Shown here piece after piece: positions 38,361-47,753 of a stretch of DNA of 64,000 nucleotides. The first letter of the stretch is position 1; each line of letters opens with the position of its first letter. A model generated the notes under the pieces. The model saw nothing but the letters and a program-made list of their open reading frames with translations. It made no database searches and had not been told where the DNA came from. A program made the translations under genes and the position numbers. Location: the IMG/VR virus record IMGVR_UViG_3300008120_000241, positions 1-64,000 of that record, one strand, 5' to 3'. Source of the DNA: a virus.

Positions 38361-38773
38361 TGGTGGACCTAGTGAGCTCCGACTCTCACGTCCGGTTCGT
38401 CTTGTTTAAAAGACAACTACATGCTTAGGTTGGTATTTTCTAATACCCCAAACTATTTGGTTTTTTTTTGACCAAAAACAAAGTTAATTTGTTCTTCACC
38501 ATCGTAAATTAACAACCAATGGATGACTCAATTTTGGGTTTAGTCATTCTCTACCTTTGTTGAGACTTCTGTTCCAAGGTTATGTGTCCACCGACCCGCC
38601 GTTTCCGTACCTAATCTAGGCTACAGTAACTTCTTCAGTTGCAATTAAACCAACCACTGAAAGGTTATCTAATACGTTGCCGTATATTGTTTGAATCAGT
38701 TTTTAACGAGATTAATTCAGTCCCGGCATGCTCCCTTTATTCAACCAACGCCCGTCAAATCCGATATAGGCCC
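38361..38773 (-). ncRNA. ssrA: tmRNA (413 nt); tag reading frame 38681..38616 = (A)GNVLDNLSVVGLIATEEVTVA*
   Basis: 5' GGGCCTATATCGGATTTGACGGG; 3' TAGGTCCACCA; acceptor stem with G3.U wobble; T-arm GTGAG/CTCAC. Confidence 0.92.
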
Positions 38774-38854
38774 ATATGACGTAATGAATATTTTCAAAGA
38801 ACTTATTACAAAGGTAATATATTTATTTTAAATAACCAATATATTTATATAAAT

Positions 38855-40021
38855 ATGTTAAGAAAAAAATTCATTTTTGAGAACGAGGAAGAAGGACTAA
38901 CTGATTATGAAAAAATCCTACGTGCCGCTAAAGGTAATATAAACCTTAGTGAACTTGATTTTGAAGATTCCGAAGGTAATGATTATAGTGATGACATTGA
39001 AATTACTTATGATGGTTTGGTCTTTACTTTTGATGGTTTGGCCGAGTATTTAAGATTTTTCTTTAAAGACGAATACGAAGAAGGGAGTGAGTCTTATCAC
39101 GATGCCGATCATTATGAGTATATGTATACCGGTAATTACGAGTGGAGTCGTGAATTTTGGGATAAGTCAACCGACGAATGGCGAGATGGTTATATACTTG
39201 ATCGGTTAACACAAGAGCACCTAGATTTAATTAAAAGGTTAGCTCAAGTTTTATCACCCAATTTATCTAGTAAATTAAAAAACCTAAACATTGTTGATTT
39301 AACTAAACAAGATAAATTAAAAAAAGAAGTTTCTGATTTTCTAGAAACAATAGATTTATCTGATAGTATAATTGATAAATGGGTTGATGCTAGTGTTGAT
39401 GGTACGACAAATAAAATCTATGAAGGTATTGAAGAAAGATATTGTAATGTATTTAGTGAAATAGGTATTGAGAGATATAGTCAGAGATATTGTTTTTGGA
39501 AATATGAAATGGATTGGGGTTCTTGTATGATTTTATATGCTCGTTTTGGTACAGATGAGGATAAGTTTTTGGACTTACTGTTTGAAGCGATTAAAAAATT
39601 AAGAGTACGTCATTTACCGGTTTGGTATGAAATGGAATATGAATTTTGGGACAACGAAGCTTTTAATAAAACTTGGGGTCCAGAGGTGACAGAATTATTA
39701 GAAGAGAAACTTGAAGAAATTGAAAATAATTCAGAATATTTTGATGAGAATTATAGTGATACTGTAGAAAAGGTACTACAACTTGGTGGTCTTGATAAAT
39801 GGATAACAACAAATGACGATAAATATCAAATACGGATTAATCAAATTGAACCAGAAACCAGTTTAATTTCCTATAGTATTATACCAAAAGGTCAATGGAA
39901 AGCAAAAGGTGGAAAAACCGATATTGAAAGTTTAATATCGTTATTCTACAACGAAAAACTATTTGATTTGACTGAATCAAAAAAGAGATTCTCAATCCTC
40001 AGAAAAAAATCTATCCTTTAA
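38855..40021 (+). CDS. acidic late hypothetical protein
   Basis: Palindromic TATTTATATAAATA upstream; short leader ending IFE. Confidence 0.75.
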   Translation: MLRKKFIFENEEEGLTDYEKILRAAKGNINLSELDFEDSEGNDYSDDIEITYDGLVFTFDGLAEYLRFFFKDEYEEGSESYHDADHYEYMYTGNYEWSREFWDKSTDEWRDGYILDRLTQEHLDLIKRLAQVLSPNLSSKLKNLNIVDLTKQDKLKKEVSDFLETIDLSDSIIDKWVDASVDGTTNKIYEGIEERYCNVFSEIGIERYSQRYCFWKYEMDWGSCMILYARFGTDEDKFLDLLFEAIKKLRVRHLPVWYEMEYEFWDNEAFNKTWGPEVTELLEEKLEEIENNSEYFDENYSDTVEKVLQLGGLDKWITTNDDKYQIRINQIEPETSLISYSIIPKGQWKAKGGKTDIESLISLFYNEKLFDLTESKKRFSILRKKSIL

Positions 40022-41023
40022 AATACCATATAGATCCAATAATTCATCATTAGATATATAGATTTCACTATCACCGTAGAAATCACTTATCAATATTCCA
40101 TCTTCATCCTCAATAACATCAATCGTCTCCAATTGATGTACTTGAAAATCATCATTATCTTGAACAAGTGAATTCATTACTGTTTCTGACGTATACACAA
40201 TTGGTTTATATTCGTATTGGTATTTTTTATAACCAAGCACTTTTACCATATTTTGACCAACAATTATTGCATTTTTTACATCGTCAATTGATATAAATTC
40301 TTGATTTGTGTGCATGTTATAATAACCGCACGACATATTAATACAACAAACATCAATTTTCTTTTTTAATTGTGAAATATCAGTGTATGGGTGTGATTGA
40401 ATAAACATTTCATTTTTAAAACCATCCTCAATGACCTTTAATGTTTTGTTAAAAAATTCGGAATCTCTTTCAAACAAACGAACACCCGAACAAATCTCGG
40501 TAATTAAATGATTTCCTGGGGCGTCATATTGTGTAATGTAACCAACATCTTGAAGAAAATTCACATCACATTTACTTGATCCGTGACATCCGGTTTCTTC
40601 TGAAACAAACAAACCAATTTTAACTTTATCCAAAGTTTTTAATAACTCCAAACAAATAAAAATACCACATTTGTCATCACCACCAATTCCGGTTGGTTTG
40701 TTATCTTCGGTATATGCCTTTAAACAAGGAACCATCTGGTTATTGAATTGTTTGCCGAAGGTATTTGGTCTAATAAGGTTTTCTTCTTTTATGATAATTT
40801 TATCAACCTTTTGATGAACGGTATCAGTATGTGCGATGAACATTGGGTAATATTCTCCTTCATTTAATTTACCTTTGGTTGCATAGACATTTAACATCTC
40901 ATCCCTGTAATATGATACACCTGGAATCATATCAAGTTCGTTGCATATATATTCAACCATATCTTCTTCTTGATATGTTTTGGAGGGAACTGATAATAAT
41001 TCTTTAAATTTATTTAGGTTCAT
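39992..41023 (-). CDS. Zn-dependent M20/M28/M42-family peptidase
   Basis: AHTDTVH, GGDDKCG, EETG, QYD, GYYNMHT. Confidence 0.85.
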   Translation of the reverse strand: MNLNKFKELLSVPSKTYQEEDMVEYICNELDMIPGVSYYRDEMLNVYATKGKLNEGEYYPMFIAHTDTVHQKVDKIIIKEENLIRPNTFGKQFNNQMVPCLKAYTEDNKPTGIGGDDKCGIFICLELLKTLDKVKIGLFVSEETGCHGSSKCDVNFLQDVGYITQYDAPGNHLITEICSGVRLFERDSEFFNKTLKVIEDGFKNEMFIQSHPYTDISQLKKKIDVCCINMSCGYYNMHTNQEFISIDDVKNAIIVGQNMVKVLGYKKYQYEYKPIVYTSETVMNSLVQDNDDFQVHQLETIDVIEDEDGILISDFYGDSEIYISNDELLDLYGILKDRFFSED

Positions 41024-41072
41024 CTGTTTTTTTTGTAAAGATAACATATTTATTTAGATAAAACAAATTATT

Positions 41073-41576
41073 ATGAAAAGAACTTTAAGATTAACCGAAT
41101 CTGAATTGATTAATGTTATTAAAAGAATAATAACCGAGCAAGACACCGCACAAAAACCCAACGAGGATACTAGAATAACTCTACTAAATCGATGGAAAGA
41201 TAAAAAAATTGTAAAAAATGGTGTGTTACGTGATTTTGGTTTAAATTCATTTAAAGTTTCTGGTCCTAACTATGATATTTGGGAATTTGAATTAACTGGT
41301 AATCCGTTAACGTCAGATGATATGGGTACTAGAACAATCGCCAGTGCTAAATATAAATACAATCCAACTAAAAAAGTTTGGATAGATATTAATGGAGAGG
41401 AAAGAACTGGAGACGTTCAACCATATAGTGTTTTAAATAGATTTAAAGGTGAATCTGAAACCAAATGGACTGACTTTTGGGGTGGAGACACATATAAAGA
41501 TTTAGTAATTTCATCCAATAGTCCGTTTTTAAAGGATATGAAATTCTACTTGGGTATAGAAAGAACAAAAATTTAA
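41073..41576 (+). CDS. Leader-B cargo protein
   Basis: MKRTLRLTESELINVIKRIITEQ; TATTTAT upstream. Confidence 0.8.
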   Translation: MKRTLRLTESELINVIKRIITEQDTAQKPNEDTRITLLNRWKDKKIVKNGVLRDFGLNSFKVSGPNYDIWEFELTGNPLTSDDMGTRTIASAKYKYNPTKKVWIDINGEERTGDVQPYSVLNRFKGESETKWTDFWGGDTYKDLVISSNSPFLKDMKFYLGIERTKI

Positions 41577-41609
41577 TAACCCCTCAAAACTTAATCTGAG
41601 GGATCTATT

Positions 41610-42026
41610 TTACATGTTTTTGATTATTTCAAATTCTTTGAATTTACAGATTCTAACCATTTCACCGATGTTTGAATACCATATAACTTGTTCATTATTT
41701 AAATCAGTATTTACAATCATACCAACAAGATGATCTTCTGATGAAAAAATAATATTGAATACCCCATTGACATTGACAAAGATTATATCACCATCAACCT
41801 CAACTTTATTCTTTTTTATTAACTTAAAAGTTTTATTTGTTAAATCAAATATATAAGTCCCATTAACATTCCTTTCGGATTCGACTAAATCATTACGATT
41901 AATTGCCCCAACAACACTACTATCACTAGTTACAGCATCAATGACTTTGGTAACCTTAATTTTGATTACTTGTGAGTTTACAATGTTAACGAACAAAAGA
42001 GCTAAAATAAAAAGGACGTTTTTCAT
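41610..42026 (-). CDS. Secreted (Sec signal + Gln) protein, paralog of 37766..38203
   Basis: MKNVLFILALLFVNIVNS-Q; shared FDLT..F, NNEQV.W.S, KF..F.IIK.M; TAGTTTTG upstream. Confidence 0.8.
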   Translation of the reverse strand: MKNVLFILALLFVNIVNSQVIKIKVTKVIDAVTSDSSVVGAINRNDLVESERNVNGTYIFDLTNKTFKLIKKNKVEVDGDIIFVNVNGVFNIIFSSEDHLVGMIVNTDLNNEQVIWYSNIGEMVRICKFKEFEIIKNM

Positions 42027-42096
42027 AGTTTTATATGTTTAATTAATAATTATAATACAAAACTACATATTTTGTTTCAATCCACCAAATATTTAA

Positions 42097-44316
42097 TTAA
42101 CTTTTTTTCTTTTTTGTTGGTTTTTTTACTTTAACTTCCGTTTTTTTGTCTTTTTCATTATATGATAAAATAAACTTGGAGCCTTTTTCTGGGTTATCGT
42201 TTAAGATTTTATCGGTTACAGCGTCGTCTACCCACTTTTGAATTGTTCTCTTTAATATACGTGCACCAAACCTTGTGTCGGTACCAACGGATATGATGTG
42301 TTTTTTCAAAGTTTCATCAACTTCCAATTCAAATTCAATACCATTAATTCGTTTATATACTTTTTCAAGTTCAAGATCAACAATTTGTAACAAATCACTT
42401 TCATTTAAGTCCTTGAAATAAATAATCTCATCAAAACGGTTAATGAACTCTGGGGCAAACTTTTTAAATAATTCTTTTTCTAGAAGTGATTTTATTTCTT
42501 CTTCCTTTTTTTCTGTTTTGGTACTTGTTGAAAATCCAACACCAGTTCCAAAATCTTGAAGAACTCTAGTCCCAACATTTGAAGTCATTAAAATAATGCA
42601 ATTTTTAAAATTGATTTTTCTTCCGTGTCCGTCAGTTAAAAATCCTTCATCCAACATTTGTAAAAACACATTAAATATTTCCGGATGTGCCTTTTCAATT
42701 TCATCTAACAAAATAACCGAATATGGTTTGTTCTTGATTTTATTTAAGAATGGAGAACCGTCTTCATAACCAACATATCCGGGTGCCGTTCCAGTTAATT
42801 TTGATGTTGCAATTTTATCTGAAAATTCACTCATATCAAGTCGGATAAGTGCGTCCTCACTATTAAACATATGTTTTGCCAATTGTTTTGCCAACTCAGT
42901 TTTACCAACGCCTGAGTTACCAATTAATAATCCACTAAAAATTGGTTTCTTTGGATCATTTAAACCAACCTTGTTTCGCTGGATCGCTCTTGCGATTTTA
43001 CTTACCGCGTCATCCTGTCCAATTACTTTTGTTGATAAGGTTTCCTTCAATGTTTTTAATTGTTCGGTCTCATCTGTTGTTATTTTTGAGATTGGAATTT
43101 TTGTCATTAATGAAACAACGTCATATACCACATCTTCGGTAACTTCTCTTTTAAATAAGTTTCTATTTTTTTCAAACTGAGCTTTTTCTCTTTCCAAATC
43201 AGTTAAAACCTTCCTTTCTTTGTCTCTAAGATTTGCGGCTTCTTCATAACGTTGACTATTAATAACTCTAACCTTTTCTTCTTTAATTTCTTGAGCTTGT
43301 CTTTTTAAATCCTCAATAATTTCTGGTAATTTAATTTCAACTTGCGATCTGGCACCAACCTCATCAATAATATCAAAAGCCTTATCTGGAAATTCTCTGT
43401 CCGTAATATATCGGTCGGCCAACTCAACACAAAGTTTTAAAATGTCCTCAGTATAACTAACTTTGTGGTGATCTTCATATCTTTCTTTTGAGTTTTGAAG
43501 TATTTGTAATGTTTCTTCTTTGGTTGATGGATCAACCATTACTTTTTGGAATCTTCTTTCAAGTGCACCATCCTTTTCAATGTTTTTTCTATATTCCTCC
43601 AAGGTTGTCGCGCCAATACATTGTAATTCACCTCTTGATAAAGCCGGTTTAAATATGTTTGAAGCATCCATTGAACCTGACGCATTTCCTGCACCAATCA
43701 TTGTGTGGATTTCATCAATAAAGATGATGATATCTGGATTATTATAAAGTTCCTCCATAATGACCTTCATCCTTTCTTCAAACTGACCTCTGTATTTTGT
43801 TCCAGCAACAATTGATGTCATATCCAATGAAACAATTCGTTTTCCGGATAAATTTTGAGGACAATCACCTTCAAATATTTTCTTTGCCAGACCTTCAATT
43901 ATGGCAGTTTTACCACAATTGTGAGAAACGACACCATTTGATATGTATTTTCTTTCATTGTCCAATACTTCAAGATCAAATGTATTGTGTACACCAATAT
44001 CTTCTTTTTCAACGACTTCATACATATTATTATCTTCAAAATAAATTAAATCACCAATATTAAGGTTTTTTAAACGAACCCAATACGATTCATTTAAAAC
44101 CTCAACATTTTCATTATTTATTGATGATTCAACCTCAACCAAGTGATCCTCGGAACCAGAAAGTTCGGTACCATTTGAAAGTTTTATTTTATAACAATTT
44201 TTGTTTTGTTTCTTAAATAGGTTACCAACAAGTTTGAAACCAGATGGTGTTTTAATTTTATACGTCCCTCCTTCATTTTCAATTAAATTAAAAAATTCTT
44301 CAATTTTGATTTTCAT
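42097..44316 (-). CDS. clpC: ClpC-like AAA+ ATPase, C-terminal part, preceded by split-intein C fragment (aa 1-133, 44316..43918)
   Basis: ...TFDLEV...VVSHN|CGKTAI; FIDEIH, GATTLEEY, UVR middle domain, GNSGVGKT, LLDEIEKAH, GVGF loop. Confidence 0.9.
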   Translation of the reverse strand: MKIKIEEFFNLIENEGGTYKIKTPSGFKLVGNLFKKQNKNCYKIKLSNGTELSGSEDHLVEVESSINNENVEVLNESYWVRLKNLNIGDLIYFEDNNMYEVVEKEDIGVHNTFDLEVLDNERKYISNGVVSHNCGKTAIIEGLAKKIFEGDCPQNLSGKRIVSLDMTSIVAGTKYRGQFEERMKVIMEELYNNPDIIIFIDEIHTMIGAGNASGSMDASNIFKPALSRGELQCIGATTLEEYRKNIEKDGALERRFQKVMVDPSTKEETLQILQNSKERYEDHHKVSYTEDILKLCVELADRYITDREFPDKAFDIIDEVGARSQVEIKLPEIIEDLKRQAQEIKEEKVRVINSQRYEEAANLRDKERKVLTDLEREKAQFEKNRNLFKREVTEDVVYDVVSLMTKIPISKITTDETEQLKTLKETLSTKVIGQDDAVSKIARAIQRNKVGLNDPKKPIFSGLLIGNSGVGKTELAKQLAKHMFNSEDALIRLDMSEFSDKIATSKLTGTAPGYVGYEDGSPFLNKIKNKPYSVILLDEIEKAHPEIFNVFLQMLDEGFLTDGHGRKINFKNCIILMTSNVGTRVLQDFGTGVGFSTSTKTEKKEEEIKSLLEKELFKKFAPEFINRFDEIIYFKDLNESDLLQIVDLELEKVYKRINGIEFELEVDETLKKHIISVGTDTRFGARILKRTIQKWVDDAVTDKILNDNPEKGSKFILSYNEKDKKTEVKVKKPTKKKKS

Positions 44317-44345
44317 AATATTTTTATAAATTTTTTGTTATGTTA

Positions 44346-44639
44346 TTAGATGGTCTCAATATTATGAGTATTCACATCAGAAACTTTTTCTACTTCAATC
44401 CACGTATCACCTAAAACACATCCAGGTTCACCAAGTATGATTGGATTATTCTTTTTTCTTCTGGATAAAATCTGAGCAATCCTATTAATTTCATCTTCTC
44501 TACCAACAACCGGATCCAACTTACCTTCTTCGGCCAATTTTATTAAGTCTCTTGAAAAGTTATCAAGAACCGGGGTTTTACTTTTGGAATCCGTGTTTTT
44601 ACTTTTGGATTTGTCCATATCATCAAATGACTCAATCAT
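44346..44639 (-). CDS. clpC: ClpC-like ATPase N-terminal part (73 aa) plus 24-aa split-intein N fragment (44420..44349)
   Basis: [31 protein letters not shown]|CVLGDTWI...; TAGTTTTG upstream. Confidence 0.9.
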   Translation of the reverse strand: MIESFDDMDKSKSKNTDSKSKTPVLDNFSRDLIKLAEEGKLDPVVGREDEINRIAQILSRRKKNNPIILGEPGCVLGDTWIEVEKVSDVNTHNIETI

Positions 44640-44715
44640 ATCTTATATTTTTTGTTTTTATTTCTTGGATAAGTTTAAAACAAAACTACCAAATAATCAA
44701 TCATATCTTAAATTT

Positions 44716-44770
44716 TTGTCAGTCTGTCAGTTATATTTTATAAAGTATGACATTTTGTCAGTTATATTTT
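44716..44770. promoter_or_regulatory. candidate operator: TGACATTTTGTCA palindrome and TGTCAGTTATATTTT direct repeat
   Basis: Between the divergent clpC and UVR genes; same 13-mer at 9202. Confidence 0.45.
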
Positions 44771-44868
44771 TTGAAAAAAGACAATTTATCACAATATTAT
44801 TTAAAAAATCAAATGGTATTAATTTGGTGAATAACAAAATCAAAATAAACTTTTAAAAATTATGTAAT

Positions 44869-45285
44869 ATGTTATTTAGAAATTTTCACAACTTAAACCG
44901 TCTATTTAGAGACTTTGATGATTTATTTTTTGAAAATCCCACCCTTAAAGGTAAAGAAAAAATCCAAACCGGAATAGATGAAGATGGTGAATGGGAAAAG
45001 AGATCATTTGTATCTGACTCTGGACTATTCTCTTATTCATTCATCACAAGAAAATCAAACAAACCACACAAAACAAATGAAATTGAAAGTTTAAAACTGG
45101 AACTTGAACAATGTGTTGAAAAACAAGATTTTGAAAGGGCGGTTGAATTAAGAGACAAGATTAAACTATTGGAGGAGAATAAGGAAGAACTATCAAAACT
45201 TAATGAAGAACTAGAAGAAGCAATTCAAAAACAAGATTTTGAAAAAGCAATAGAAGTAAGAGATAAAATTAAGAGTTTAAAATAA
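44869..45285 (+). CDS. UvrB/UvrC-motif (UVR) protein, two motifs
   Basis: LEQCVEKQDFERAVELRDKI; LEEAIQKQDFEKAIEVRDKI. Confidence 0.85.
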   Translation: MLFRNFHNLNRLFRDFDDLFFENPTLKGKEKIQTGIDEDGEWEKRSFVSDSGLFSYSFITRKSNKPHKTNEIESLKLELEQCVEKQDFERAVELRDKIKLLEENKEELSKLNEELEEAIQKQDFEKAIEVRDKIKSLK

Positions 45286-45306
45286 GTTAATTCTCGTTAA
45301 GTTTTG

Positions 45307-45339
45307 AAATCCACCCAAATAAGGTGGATTTTTTTTTTT
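45307..45339 (+). terminator. intrinsic terminator
   Basis: AAATCCACC/GGTGGATTT + T-run. Confidence 0.8.
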
Positions 45340-45369
45340 GTTGTCTAATATTATTTTTTTAAAAAAGTT

Positions 45370-45612
45370 ATGGCAGTAAAAAAAACAACAATTGAAGGAA
45401 CAAAAATTATTTGTGAAATTGAATCAAGTAATTTAAAAACAACTGAATATGATACGGAATCAAAAAAGTTAGTCGTAGAGTTTAAAAATGGTTTGAAATA
45501 CGAATATGATGAAGTACCGCACAATGTATATGCTCAAATGAGGTTATCAGATTCACAAGGTAAATTTTTTAATTCCAACATTTCAAAGACTTATAAGTAC
45601 AAAAAATTATAG
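45370..45612 (+). CDS. KTSC-domain protein
   Basis: SSNL...EYD.....L.VEFKNG..YEY..VP..VY......S.GKFFN..I. Confidence 0.9.
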   Translation: MAVKKTTIEGTKIICEIESSNLKTTEYDTESKKLVVEFKNGLKYEYDEVPHNVYAQMRLSDSQGKFFNSNISKTYKYKKL

Positions 45613-45642
45613 AATTACATTTAGTCCTATATTTATATTGAT

Positions 45643-46410
45643 ATGGCTATAAGTAAAAAAATCATTAATAGTTTTTATTTACAGGATAAGTTAAACCCAG
45701 AAGTTTGGATTAAAAAAGAAGGTACAAGAGGGGATAACACTGATGATTATACATTAAAACCTGAAATTAAAACAAGATTAAAAAAGGCTTCAGAAATCTT
45801 TATTGAATATTTGGACACTGATCTTTTTATTCACGACGTTATTTTTGTTGGTTCATTAGTTGGTTATAACTGGAGTGAATTTTCGGATTTTGATATTCAC
45901 GTCGTAATTGATTTAAACGAAGCCGGTGAAGATAAAGAACTTTATGAGGAGTTATTCAGATTGAAGAAATCATTATTTAACGCTGCACACGACATTACCA
46001 TCAAAGGTTTTGAAACTGAATTTTATGTTCAAGATTTAAATGAAAAAAACGAAAGTCAGGGTGTTTATTCATTAATTGATGATAAGTGGTTGAAAGTGCC
46101 AAAAATTGAAGAATTTAAAATTGATGAGAAAAAATTGAAATCAAAAATTCAACAATGGATTGATATTATTGATGGTGTTTTGGAGAATGCTGAAGATGAG
46201 AGTATTGAAGGTGCGGTTAAGTTAATTAAAAAATACAGAGAAAAACTAAGAAAATATAGAACTTGTGGACTCCAAAGAGAAGGTGAATATTCATATGAAA
46301 ATTTGGTTTTTAAATATCTTAGAAGAAACGGTTACATTGGAAAATTAGAAGAATTCAAAAATAAATTTGTTGATAAAAAATTATCCCTAGAACAAGAAAA
46401 TAAGGAATAA
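45643..46410 (+). CDS. Pol-beta-superfamily nucleotidyltransferase
   Basis: FVGSLVGYNWSEFSDFDIH (GS...DxD); TATTTAT upstream. Confidence 0.8.
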   Translation: MAISKKIINSFYLQDKLNPEVWIKKEGTRGDNTDDYTLKPEIKTRLKKASEIFIEYLDTDLFIHDVIFVGSLVGYNWSEFSDFDIHVVIDLNEAGEDKELYEELFRLKKSLFNAAHDITIKGFETEFYVQDLNEKNESQGVYSLIDDKWLKVPKIEEFKIDEKKLKSKIQQWIDIIDGVLENAEDESIEGAVKLIKKYREKLRKYRTCGLQREGEYSYENLVFKYLRRNGYIGKLEEFKNKFVDKKLSLEQENKE

Positions 46411-46499
46411 TTGAAAATTACCAACTAACGATATATTTATATATAAAATTTGTTGCTTTTTGGCAATAATAAATTATTAAATTTTAAAAATAATTAAAT

Positions 46500-47753
46500 A
46501 TGGCAGATTTAAGACCACTTGGTAGTGAAAAATTGCAAGGAATGGATAAAATTAAGAGAATTTTAGAAATTGCAAAATATAATGAAACACCAAAACAAGA
46601 TATTAACGAAAACGCAACAACCAATTATACCATTCAATTGGCTGACGGTTTTACCTATGGTATTGTTAAAGAAAGACAAGGGTATATCATTAAAAAAGGT
46701 TTAAACGAATCCACCTTGGATTATTCTGATCCAATCAGAGAACGAAAATACTTCAGATCATATGCTGACGCAATGAAAAAGTTGAATCTAACCGCAGGTG
46801 AAATAAATAGACTTTTTGAAAATGAAGAAGGTATTTCTTTAATTGGTGAGCAAGAAGGTCAAAAAAAAAAGTTTGTTCTAAAACTACCTAAAGCAAAAAG
46901 TACTGAAACACCTGACGTTGGTTCAGATGTTCCTACAACACCACCTACTCCACCAGCAGAATCTACACCAGAACCACCAGTAATGGGAGGTGAAGAAACT
47001 CCGGAAGTTCCACCGATGAGTGATGAAGAAACTCCAGATATGGGTGATACTGAAATGCCAGATATGGGTACTGAAGAAACTCCAGATATGGAGGAACCAA
47101 AAGATGATGAATTTGATTTGGAAGGTGAAGAACCGCAAGCATCATTTAAGTCCATTCAAAGATTAACAGGAAAATTAAGCCAAAGATTAAGACAATTTGA
47201 AAAAGATAAAAAACTTGAATCTGATGATATCAAGTATGTATTAAATTCTATTATTTCAGCTCTTGATTTGGATAATTTGGATGAAGAAGATAAAGACGAC
47301 ATCCTTTCCAAATTTGACGAAGAAGAAACCGCATACGATGAGGAAGGTCCGGGAGAATTAGATTTACCATCTGAGGATGATTTTGATATGGGTGAAGAAC
47401 CAGGTATGGAATCCGAAGAACCAATAGGAATGGAAACTGAACCAAAAGAAGATTTCTATATGTTTGGTGAATCAGTTGTTGAAAAAGTATTGTCAAAATA
47501 TTTCAACGTAACAGAAGAAGAAAATAGAATATTGGAAGAAAAAAAGAAAAAGAAATTCGTTCAAGAAAAAATCAAAACAGTTGAGGTTAAAAAAGAAATA
47601 CTTAAATTAAGCGAAAGTGTTAAACAAATTGAAACAAGTTTGAAGCTAATTAAGGAAAATGCACAATTTGTTGGGAAAACAAACAAAGAAAATTTGGTTT
47701 TTATAAAAAATGGTAAACAAATAAAAGTTAACCAAAGAGGTCATATTATATGA
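46500..47753 (+). CDS. acidic, Pro-rich head-assembly/core protein candidate
   Basis: First gene of the head operon; many [ILV]xE sites. Confidence 0.65.
   Translation: MADLRPLGSEKLQGMDKIKRILEIAKYNETPKQDINENATTNYTIQLADGFTYGIVKERQGYIIKKGLNESTLDYSDPIRERKYFRSYADAMKKLNLTAGEINRLFENEEGISLIGEQEGQKKKFVLKLPKAKSTETPDVGSDVPTTPPTPPAESTPEPPVMGGEETPEVPPMSDEETPDMGDTEMPDMGTEETPDMEEPKDDEFDLEGEEPQASFKSIQRLTGKLSQRLRQFEKDKKLESDDIKYVLNSIISALDLDNLDEEDKDDILSKFDEEETAYDEEGPGELDLPSEDDFDMGEEPGMESEEPIGMETEPKEDFYMFGESVVEKVLSKYFNVTEEENRILEEKKKKKFVQEKIKTVEVKKEILKLSESVKQIETSLKLIKENAQFVGKTNKENLVFIKNGKQIKVNQRGHII

Larger units (their letters stand above)
5899..44690. promoter_or_regulatory. Bacteroidota housekeeping -7 box TAnnTTTG before leaderless genes (span covers dispersed sites)
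   Basis: Before 5911, 10942(-), 12779, 14110, 16991, 37167(-), 38203(-), tmRNA(-), 42026(-), 44639(-). Confidence 0.75.

Noticed and set aside
38361-38400. tRNA gene at the CCA end
   Set aside because: The matching 5' acceptor strand lies ~400 nt away with a tag ORF between, so it is tmRNA, not tRNA
44317-44345. clpC split as a simple frameshift error
   Set aside because: Stops in both relevant frames and an A-rich initiation region before the second ATG; a single indel cannot join the ORFs
44814-44830. Sigma-54 -24/-12 promoter before the UVR gene
   Set aside because: TGGTAT...TTGGT lacks the conserved GC at -12; too weak to call
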